Shown here one piece after another: positions 12,361 to 21,441 of a DNA stretch of 52,844 nt (positions are counted from its first letter, which is position 1; each line of letters starts with the position of its first letter). Source of the stretch: Catajapyx aquilonaris. Taxonomy: Eukaryota. The notes beneath the pieces were generated by a model. That model ran no database searches. It was given only the letters and a program-made list of their open reading frames with translations, and was not told the origin of the DNA. Location of the stretch: the NCBI GenBank assembly GCA_000934665.2, contig JYFJ02002678.1:1-52844 (forward strand). The letters are read 5' to 3'. The translations under genes were made by a program, and so were the position numbers.

Positions 12361-13788
12361 TATTTGAGTGTTTGGTTTTTTGACTGCCCCGAGGTCAAAA
12401 ACAAGTCGAAGACAAAATGAATGCCCATTATGAGTTACTTGTAACCGAAGGAATACGAATATGACGATGAATTTTCATGGACAAAAAAAAAATGCGTAAT
12501 AGTGTCTTGTGTCAGCTTTGTACGAGCTCGGATTAGACCGATCCATTGTCCGACCTGTATTTCGACATCGTAATATGGAATTTTGCTGACACCTGCTGTA
12601 CAGTAATTGGGAAATAGTTTTATTGTAATTGCATAATTCCCATAGTATCATGATTAGTATTAGTAGTCCGGTATTGCCTAGTCAGGCAACTGCGTGACAA
12701 ATCCACCAAAGTTAATTTAATAAACCGCCATTATTATATGGCCGTGAAAATGTTTCAATCCATAGATACCTGCTAATGACAGTGTCTCATAGCAGTACCT
12801 TTTTCTTTAAAAATTAGATTAACAGCTCAGGCTAAGGTAAAAAAATATATATTAAAAAGTACGCGTTATATAATTATAGCCTGCTTGAAAATAATATATT
12901 CCCGGAATATTATTTTCAAATAGGCTATAATTATGTAACGCGTCGGGAAGGAACATATTTATGAAGTGTCGTAGGTGCCGTAGGCCCTTTGAATAATGCA
13001 TGATACGTACTGTACAGTATAATAATTATGTAGTGCAGTGAAATGGAGAAAAGTATTATTTTTGTTTGTACTGTGCAAATTTTAAAAAAACCTAAGAGTT
13101 TATGGTCCCATTTATTATCTGCCATCCACAAATAGCTGCTTGTACAGTACCGATATAACATAGATTGATCTGGGACATTTCACTTTCTTCCCATCGCATA
13201 TGCTGGTGACACAAGTTAGTACAGTATTCTTAATTAAGGAACTAATTCATTCTGAGGAAATTGACTTTCAAGTAGTATTTTGCTAGTGTCTACGTATCAG
13301 GATTATTCACTTTTGCTATTTTAACTATACTCTGCTAAGAATATTTTGAAAAGAAGTGTATTTTTAAGGGCTGGTATATCCTTTATGTAGTATTTAATTT
13401 ACTTTATATGAACTAGCGCACCCGTTGCCAAAATTTGGCAAAACCTGCAATGAGGAAGACAATGGTAATGAAAAAAATTGAATGAGAGGGTTCGCGGAGT
13501 GACAACTAAGAAATAGAGTATAGCTGGTCGTAAGACGGGGTTGAGAAATTGAGTGGCATTAACTCAATGGACATACTGTACACGTCCTGAATCGGACGTG
13601 AGAGAAGTTTTCATAAAACCTCCCGATATACAACATTGTGTGTAAACACTCTGTTGTTGGAGAGCAATGTTCCGTGTTGAGCAGTAGGAGTAGTGAACAC
13701 TTTGACATGACTTGGGTTGCGAGACCGGGAGTTGCCCTTTGTGTAGGTAATAATGCTGTATGGCTTTATGATACTGTCATCTGTTATT

Positions 13789-14055
13789 GGGCGACACGGT
13801 GGCGGAGTGGTTAGCGCCGCAGCCTTTCACCTCAAAGGTCCCGAGTTCGATCCCCGGATCGGAGAGAGGTATATGCTTATGTGGATATAGTTTCGATGGG
13901 TTCTCTCCGTGTTCGCGCGGGTTTTCTCGGGGATTCTCCCGTTTCCTCTCACAATCAAAATCCATCACAGCAAAGGCAATGATTAAAGTCGGTCAATTAA
14001 AAGATGATCCCCTAAAAAGCTGAAGGAGGCTTATCACGGGGTATCCATTATCTCC
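13789..14055 (+). mobile_element. tRNA-derived SINE with a V-domain-like core (V-SINE)
   Basis: A box TGGCGGAGTGG and B box AGTTCGATCCC. Core GTTCTCTCCGTGTTCGCGCGGGTTTTCTCGGGGATTCTCCCGTTTCCTCTCACAATCAAAA resembles the V domain. TSD ACTGTCATCTGTT at 13773-13785 and 14056-14068. Confidence 0.85.
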
Positions 14056-14441
14056 ACTGTCATCTGTTGTGGCCCCGCCAGGCAGGGTTCGTCGCCCTGC
14101 AGGATATTTTTAGGTAATGCGGAGAGGAAGCGGAGCTGGGCGATTATTGGGGGTTTCGTATCCGCAACATTTACAGTACTGTCCGTCTTGTGGCGGCGGA
14201 GGCCAACGGACGTTATTGTGGCTTTGCCAACCTCCAATCCCCTGCTGATCCCACCGCTGATATCTTGTTTGCTTGCTCCGGGAGGTTCATGCTACGCCGC
14301 CAAATAAGTCGCAATGGTTTACTCTAAGCTAAGCTATCCGCTGAAAATCATAAAAGATGCTAGATCCGGATCCAAGATGGCGGCATAGTTAGAAAGTGGG
14401 GCTGAAAGTAGCAGCGTATATGACAGAAGGGAAAGTGGCCG

Positions 14442-14553
14442 CCTGAAGAATTAGTGCCGTACTGACCAAAAGGTGGCAGCACTCCCTTGGCCGCCGCCAA
14501 AGGCCGCCAAGGGAGTGCTGCCACCTTTTTCGTCACGGCACTACTTCTTCAGG
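14442..14553. repeat. 112-bp palindrome/hairpin (tiny MITE or pre-miRNA-like)
   Basis: Perfect 24-bp inner stem (14468-14491 vs 14506-14529) plus outer stems TAGTGCCGT/ACGGCACTA and CCTGAAGAA/TTCTTCAGG. Confidence 0.85.
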
Positions 14554-15029
14554 TAGCAACATCTGGAGCGTTCCAGACAAGCTATTATTATAGGGGGATG
14601 ATACAGAAAATGGTGAAACAGTTTCGCAAGTCTTCCTCTCGCACTTAGGTGACTTGTGATCATTCTAGGCTAAAACTGATGCATTAGTTTATTTAGTGTA
14701 TATTTTGCCTCCATTGTGGAGATAATAATAATGGCATAACAATTATTTTAGTTTCATCATACAACCATTTTGCCGTTTATTACATCCCCAAGCACCGTGC
14801 TACATTGCCGCCTGACGCGAATGACATTCACCATATCGCAGTTAGAAATGTAGCGTAGCTCAAATTTACATGACCCTATCTTCGTAATGTAGCCGAAGTA
14901 GCGGGAAAAGTTCTATGGGGGATGTGCACTTTTTGTAACATTCTCGCTAAGTTTACCACAATTTTGAGTGAAGTGCAGGTTTGAGATTCAAAGGACAGAA
15001 AATCAGTAGTATAACATTAAAATAAACCA

Positions 15030-15035
15030 TTTATT
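15030..15035 (-). terminator. Candidate polyadenylation signal of cuticle gene 1
   Basis: AATAAA on the minus strand, ~160 nt after the stop codon. Confidence 0.5.
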
Positions 15036-15194
15036 TTACTGGAAGGAGAGTTAACCAGTGAAAATATACATTGTAACATTTAACATCAATAATAAGAAGT
15101 GTTTGACACGCTCAATTTGAGAATAGGTGACAAGAGATAATCGGATTGATGTAGAAGGGAAATAAAGGATTTTCTGCTAGCTTTGAGGAATAGT

Positions 15195-15590
15195 CTACCA
15201 TCCGTAACCGCCGTAACCATAACCAATAGGAGCAGCAGCCACAGCCTTAGTAGCCACAACTGGGGCAGCGACGGCCAAGGGAGCATGGTGAACCACGGGG
15301 GCATGGTGAACCACGGCGGGGGCATGGTGAACCAAGGGAGCATGGTGGACCACGGGGGCATGGTGAACAACGGGGGCATGGTGAACCACAGGGGCATGGT
15401 GGACCACGGGGGCAGCTGCTACGGTGGCAATTGGGGCAGCGGCCACTGCATGGGAGGCCAGGCCATATCCATAGCCAAGACCGTGGCCATAGCCAAGACC
15501 GTGGCCATAGCCAAGCCCTCCATAGCCATAGCCCAGGCCGATGCCGCCGGGAGCGGCGCAGGCGGCGGCGGCAACAGCCAACAGGATCAC
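15195..15590 (-). CDS. Cuticular protein gene 1, exon 2 (Gly/Tyr-, Ala/Pro- and His-rich low-complexity cuticle protein; 135 aa with exon 1)
   Basis: Acceptor ttccccatAG|GTG. Encodes the rest of the signal peptide ([12 protein letters not shown]), GLGYGH repeats, AAP motifs, seven (V/L)VHHAP repeats and a GYGYGGYGW* end. No chitin-binding R&R consensus is visible. Confidence 0.92.
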   Translation of the reverse strand: MILLAVAAAACAAPGGIGLGYGYGGLGYGHGLGYGHGLGYGYGLASHAVAAAPIATVAAAPVVHHAPVVHHAPVVHHAPVVHHAPLVHHAPAVVHHAPVVHHAPLAVAAPVVATKAVAAAPIGYGYGGYGW

Positions 15591-16162
15591 CTATGGGGAA
15601 GAAGATTGGCAGTGATTGCTGGTCAGTACAATATCATCATTAGTAGTTTTTGTTTCATTGAGTGCAGGCCCGTATTACATACGTGATTGGATAGGAATGA
15701 CAGGCCCTGAGAGGGGGAAGCTGCAAAAGTTAGTTATCCTGAAATAAATGCTCGTCATCACTTGAAGTTTAGTCTACGTCGGAGGTGTGAAAATTCATGA
15801 CAGCACAATGGAATGGTTACTGTTGCAGACGCAACAAAGTGCACGAGTTGCTGACATAATGTGGTACTGACAAGTCAGTTGCCCCTCATTTGCTTCTTTA
15901 AATACTGTTGGAATGGCAGTATTCTCTGGCACGATTTCATCACCTGAGTGTGCAAGCCACATGTAATATGAATTTTGCTCCACTTTCACAGGGATCTTTC
16001 CATGAAAATCCCCATTGAGAAAATGCTATTTCATTGGCTATTTTCTGGCCAAAATTTTTACACCTTTTCAACGCACTAATATAAAACAACAATACCTGTC
16101 CAATCACCGTATATGATGTTAGTAAAAGCGGGGATACACTACAGAGCAACTCACTATCCTCT

Positions 16163-16233
16163 TGCCTCTGCTGGGAATCGAACCCAGGTCCGCACTCGTT
16201 AGAGCACGTGTTTTGCCATTAAACTACAGAGAC
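16163..16233 (-). ncRNA. Intronic tRNA-like cloverleaf in intron 1 of cuticle gene 1
   Basis: GTCTCTG TA GTTT AATGGCA AAAC A CGTGC TCTAACGA GTGCG GAC CTGGG TTCGATT CCCAG CAGAGGC A. All four stems pair and A/B boxes are present. It has an 8-nt anticodon loop and a 3-nt variable loop, and no SINE body or TSD. Confidence 0.75.
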
Positions 16234-16323
16234 TGTTGGGTCGAGTCGCACAGGATTAGTCGTTGGACAAACAAAATTCGGCATGCACTGTCGTCAACCC
16301 CCACATCTGTTCTAAAACCTTAC

Positions 16324-16335
16324 CAACTTGTACAT
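16324..16335 (-). CDS. Cuticular protein gene 1, exon 1 (MYKL)
   Basis: ATGTACAAGTTG|GTAAGG, phase 0, completing the signal peptide [16 protein letters not shown]. The short first exon is typical of arthropod cuticle genes. Confidence 0.88.
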
Positions 16336-16393
16336 GATGGGGTTGTGGAGTGGACAAAAGTACCGGATGCTTCTGTGATAAGTGCTTGTGGTC

Positions 16394-16430
16394 AGCTGAA
16401 GTCCTGTCTGCTGGACACCTTCGTTTTATA
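16394..16430 (-). promoter_or_regulatory. Core promoter of cuticle gene 1 (TATA plus Inr-like)
   Basis: TATAAAA at 16430-16424, with Inr-like TCAGCT about 31-33 nt downstream and ~60 nt before the ATG. Confidence 0.7.
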
Positions 16431-19018
16431 CTTGCAAAGTTGCCCCGCCGGCTGACGGGGGTTGGTCGGGGAAGTGAGAGTTCACTTGTGTTTCTTTTTT
16501 TTATTTTTTTTTGTTTACGTCGCACACTTCTACTGAGTTGCATTGAGAAAACTAGGGCCAAGGCAAAATTTAGCCGGGCCAACCTGCCCCAAGTTACCCT
16601 TGCTCCCTACCATCTGGAAAATTTCCCGTTCGCACAACCTCATTTCCAAGACTGGTTTTTTGGTGCAGCATATTTCTTCTCGAACATTCAAAATGCGGAG
16701 GTGGCTATAGATGGGGCGTGTCCTACAGACGGATTTATTGGACATAGTTGGCATTATAATAACGTTTCTTTTGCAAGTGTTGTAAATGCCCACTTTTTAT
16801 GCAAATGCAGATAGAGGATGTCTCAATCGGGTTGATTGGCTTTTTTAAAAAAACATGGCGAGAGTAACCTGGCAAATATGAAATATTGGAGAGCGTTCAA
16901 CACCATGGTGCAAATCGTGTTTTTGGTGCAAAAACATATAGTGACAACAATGGCAGGCCCAGTTTCCGAGAAAACTGCGTTCCACCGAGGGTCACTTGTG
17001 TAAACCACTTTTCCCTGGAATCAGGCCAAAGTCCGATCATCTGAGGTAGTTACCTCCCGGGCAGTTTTTTTTTTTTCATTGCAAATCGTTACAACATACC
17101 CGCGTAATACTACTCTCCTACCTGCTTGTCTAGACTTTTTTGTTAAACCGTGGCTGGGCAATTAGAGAGGATTGATGAAAGAATCAAGGTTCATTAAGGG
17201 TGAGGGAACAATCAAAATATTTTCTTTCTCTCGTGGTTAGTTTCACTGCCATTTATTACGATCGGTCGTTCGCTTATACACCTAATATAAAGGAATGGGT
17301 GGGGTTCGAACATTATCAAGCAGGTGGGTAGATGGTCGACTCTTGCGTCCCTAAATGCATAGTCAGATCACCTATACGTTTGCTACTGGATTGTACTGGA
17401 AGTACAGGCCTTGCCGACCTTTTGCATGTGCCCTAAATCTGTGGCCTTTGCATTGCCGTATTCCTGTTACCTGGTGGTGTCTTATCTGACTTTCTAGTAC
17501 AGTACATTTTCTTCAACTATTATGGCAGAAGGCAAACAAATCAAAACCAGTCTTGACTCTCTCCTCCCTCTGGAAGTTATGGTGGAACATGAATTTGCGG
17601 TCTTTCGATGCTTTCAATAATACTGCCCGACATTTATTCATGACGATGTCCTAAATCGTGCAATGAATGGCGAATAATAGCATTTTTATTCTTGCTAGTG
17701 TCGAATTATAATTTATATAGGGCTACGCCAGTGTTTGATTATGAAGCGTATTTTGCTTACATAATAAAATGCGTTAGGAATATCTGAAATGGTGTAGGAA
17801 ATATGTTAATAAATTCGGGACAATGACGGAAAATATTTTGAAATTGAATTTTTGGCATTTTATTTAATTTGAAAAGTACGTGAGGCAGTTGGCCATCTCA
17901 TTTCAAAATAATATTGACCTCGCCCTACATGACGGCCGGAGGTGAATATTGCCGCATATTAATCGCCTGCTTCATTAGAAACACTGTGATATTATGATGG
18001 CCTTATGATATCTTTGCCAATTAAGCTGAAATGCAAAACGAAATCATAGTGGCAACAATACATTTTATCAGTTTATTCAATCTTCCCGATTCTTTCAAAA
18101 AAAAGAAACGGACAAATACATACCGTATATGATTATTATTATTACATGTTTATGACCAGAACTTTCACCCCACTAATAACTATAAGATTACTTTACAATA
18201 AGTAAAGACGTATCAGTAATGGCACATAGCGCACGGATCTCAGAAATTTCTACTTAGAGCTCGTTAAAACCCCTCTTAAATAAATTCACAAGTAAATATT
18301 ACTGCATGCCAATAGTTTAAAAAATTGAGTGATAACAAGCCCTTTTATCTACGAAAGTTATAAAGAGACCTAGTTTAGAGAAAAGAAGTAGGCGATTACA
18401 ATAAATGCTACTTTCTACTGCACACTGCTACTATCGCACTACAAGGTGAATAAAATAGTGTCTAACTACAGCCTGTTTCTACTGTATCGCGAATGAATTC
18501 TTGAGTGTAACTGATGCTTGTATAGCAATGGAGTTGAAAAAAGCCATCTTAAATAAAACAGCAGATTGACCACTTTGAATATGAAACAGACCAATATATT
18601 GCACGTTTCACCAACGTTAACATCGTGAGATAACCTTCTTAAACAGCGACATGTAGTCGCGATACAGACTGCCGCATTTAAGAACATAGCGTGTTTCTAC
18701 ATCTGGCTTTGTACTTTCATAATCTCAGGCGGAATCCTTGTCGGTAACTAATCGCACCAAGGCCTACTACTGTATGCACTACTCATACTTTTTCAATGCT
18801 AACTCTCTAATACAGAAGAACTAGAAATTATATAGTCGTTACTAGGATTGCTACAGAGCACAGCCTAATCCCTCAACCATTCTAAACCCATCACTAACGT
18901 TACTCTACCTTTTCTACGACTACAGGTATGTTATATCTTAAAATTGGAGTGTATAGGTTTCCTTGTACTACAGTATATACGACTACCAGATATAATAATC
19001 AGGGACGGACCACCTTCA

Positions 19019-19444
19019 CTAGAAAACTCGAATAGGGGCTGCCACAACTCTGGTAGGAGCAGCCGGCAGGTGACCTGCGTACTTGGTCAGAGCCAGGGGC
19101 GCTGCATACTTAGTCAGAGCCAAGGGCTCTGTATACTTGGCCACGGCGACGGACACCGGAGCTGCTGCGACTAAGGCTGGAGGTGCACGGTAGAAGGCGC
19201 TGTGGCTGTAACCGGTGATGACAGGAGACACGAATGGGTTGGCCAGATAGGTGGGATGAGCTGAGATGGCTGGGGCTGCTGGGCCGGGTATCACCTCGAA
19301 GTCTTCCACCAAGGCAGATGATGGACGGGCCAAACGCACCAGAGGAGACGTCTCCGGACCAACAAAGCGCACCAGAGAGGCTGCCTCCGGGTGCAGGACA
19401 CCTGGGCGGGCTTCCATTGTGGCAATCAGCATAACCAGGATCAA
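19019..19444 (-). CDS. Cuticular protein-like gene 2, exon 2 (secreted, Ala/Pro-rich; 145 aa with exon 1)
   Basis: Acceptor ggaaatAG|TTG. Encodes LILVMLIATMEA (signal peptide), AAP motifs and 9-aa tandem repeats KY(TE/AA)PLALT, ending in a TAG stop. Confidence 0.82.
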   Translation of the reverse strand: MILVMLIATMEARPGVLHPEAASLVRFVGPETSPLVRLARPSSALVEDFEVIPGPAAPAISAHPTYLANPFVSPVITGYSHSAFYRAPPALVAAAPVSVAVAKYTEPLALTKYAAPLALTKYAGHLPAAPTRVVAAPIRVF

Positions 19445-21182
19445 CTATTTCCGGGAATGGAGGCGCATTGAACTCACAGGAAGAAAATGTTGGTAAAGAG
19501 TTGTACAAGAGTTTACTTACCTGGGCGTCTGGATTGACCTGCCATGCCGAGTTTTTTTTCTCCCGAATTTTAAAAAACAACATTAATATTTTGAAATACA
19601 TTGGTCAATTCAAATTTTGGAACAGCATCAATATATTGCGCTGAAAGTCTGCATGAAGAGCTCTGATACAGAAGTGCCTAAAACAGCTTAAATTAAAAAC
19701 AGAATGAGGAACTTCTGCATGTGAGCCTTTCAGTTTAATTACAATAAAATTATAGTATGAGTTATTTTTCCTACACAAAACATGAGATAAAATAGTGCCT
19801 CACCTACCTCTAATGCTGATAAAAATGGGATTACTCTAAAATACTTTCTTGATGATATACACACGAGTTTAGGATAAAATCAATCATACCTTGGCACGTC
19901 TGCCTATACAATATTGCCCAATAAAAATGTTAAATGAATCAAGCATGTATCATGCAAAAAAGTCCTGCGAAAATGTGGTGCTTTTGTTGCGGTTAGTGTA
20001 GCCTGGTCTATTCAAGAAAGTCCAGCTACAATAAGATATAGGCTGCACAAAATGAATAGTACAAGGCAGAATACTAAAATCATTATTAGCCAATAGTGCT
20101 GTGAAAATGCAGATTATATGGACAGAATAGCCAAGAAGAGATAATTATGCTGTAGGTAATAGTATGAGTAATAGAAGGTTGGTTCATATAGAGCAGGCGT
20201 TATATGGCTCCGAAGAACAATGCAATCATGACCAAGGAATGCAGAATCAGGAAAGTATCGAGTTTTATAAAACAGCGTAAGGGGAAGAGGGTTCATTTTG
20301 GACTGTGGCAGAAATGAAATCAACATGCTTAAAATGCCACTAAATTGAATTTATTGTTAGTGTCAGTGTGAAGATGTTAGAGAGAATAAAATGACAAAAA
20401 GTATTGCATCAAACAAAAAATAGTATCAAAGAAAGGGAAGTCGTATGTGAAGAACTGTAAATGGTAATATAGTTAGAAAGATGGGCTGAAAGTACCAGAT
20501 AACTACTACACTATTAGAAACTTCTGAAAAATGTTTTGGAACGTTATACCTTCTACTCTAATGTAACTAGATATTGTACTACATGTATGGTGTATTGGCT
20601 TACCACCGAATAAAATTTTTAAAATTCCACTATCTAATAGTTAGCGAAGAATGTAAATATTAAAGAAACTTATATGAAAAACATTAACAAATAATGTTCA
20701 GTAATACAATACACCGATAAGATTTTTTGTGAAGCATTTGACACAGTAAGGAAGAATCTAAATCCTTTTAGAAGCAATTCTTTCTCAATAGCAGTCCTCA
20801 TACTATTTTGTATTAGAAATAATATTGTATTCAGTAACATTCAAAGTGTAGAGCATTAGGAAACTATCACATGAAACTACAATAAGTGTAAGGAAAAGTC
20901 CTACCTGAGGGAGCTTGAAGCAAAATGGAAACCACAGGAAGAGAAAAAGAGTATTGTATTATGCGGGTAAAAGATGTGACTGCTGTTAGTGACCCTAGAA
21001 ACCTGTACGCAAACAATCAGAGCAAGACCCATCGTACCATTTTGAAGTACATCTTGCAGACGTGATTTACGTAGGTTTGTCTGATACAGATAGAAACAAT
21101 GATGCCTGTCACCTGTAAATATGTTAAAAAAGGAAGCTATAAAGGGAGAGAATGTACGAGGAGTTCAACACCAGTCCCCATA

Positions 21183-21252
21183 AGCCTTTTCCAGGAATCG
21201 AACCCGGGTCCACACTTTAAAAGTGTGTGTTCTACCACTAAACTAAAAAGGC
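21183..21252 (-). ncRNA. Intronic tRNA-like cloverleaf in intron 1 of cuticle gene 2
   Basis: GCCTTTT TA GTTT AGTGGTA GAAC A CACAC TTTTAAA GTGTG GAC CCGGG TTCGATT CCTGG AAAAGGC T. Acceptor and anticodon stems are perfect and A/B boxes are present. It has a nominal TTA anticodon and a 3-nt variable loop, and no SINE body or TSD. Confidence 0.78.
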
Positions 21253-21338
21253 TGTTCAGTGGAGAGGTCCGGTGAGGAAGGTTGTTAAAAAAAAAGAATC
21301 AGCAAAAGTTAACTCACCTCCACCCTAGTCAAACTTAC

Positions 21339-21350
21339 CAACTTGTACAT
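21339..21350 (-). CDS. Cuticular protein-like gene 2, exon 1 (MYKL)
   Basis: GCC ATGTACAAGTTG|GTAAGT. The coding 12-mer is identical to gene 1 exon 1 and is in phase with exon 19444-19019. Confidence 0.82.
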
Positions 21351-21434
21351 GGCTGTGAACTTCCCCGTCTACCTGCAGGTCAACACAGAAGGATGGACAC
21401 TGGATTGATGCTCCTACTGAGGAGCCACCTCTGT

Positions 21435-21441
21435 ATTTATA
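21435..21441 (-). promoter_or_regulatory. TATA box of cuticle gene 2
   Basis: TATAAAT(A) ~85-90 nt upstream of the ATG, similar to the spacing in gene 1. Confidence 0.65.

Noticed and set aside
15183..15686. 167-aa plus-strand ORF with MVNHGG repeats
   Set aside because: It is the antisense shadow of the repetitive cuticle exon. The minus strand has the signal peptide, splice sites and promoter.
19110..19601. 163-aa minus ORF overlapping gene 2
   Set aside because: It is an alternative frame that starts in the intron. The 19019-19444 frame joins the MYKL exon and gives a coherent secreted protein.
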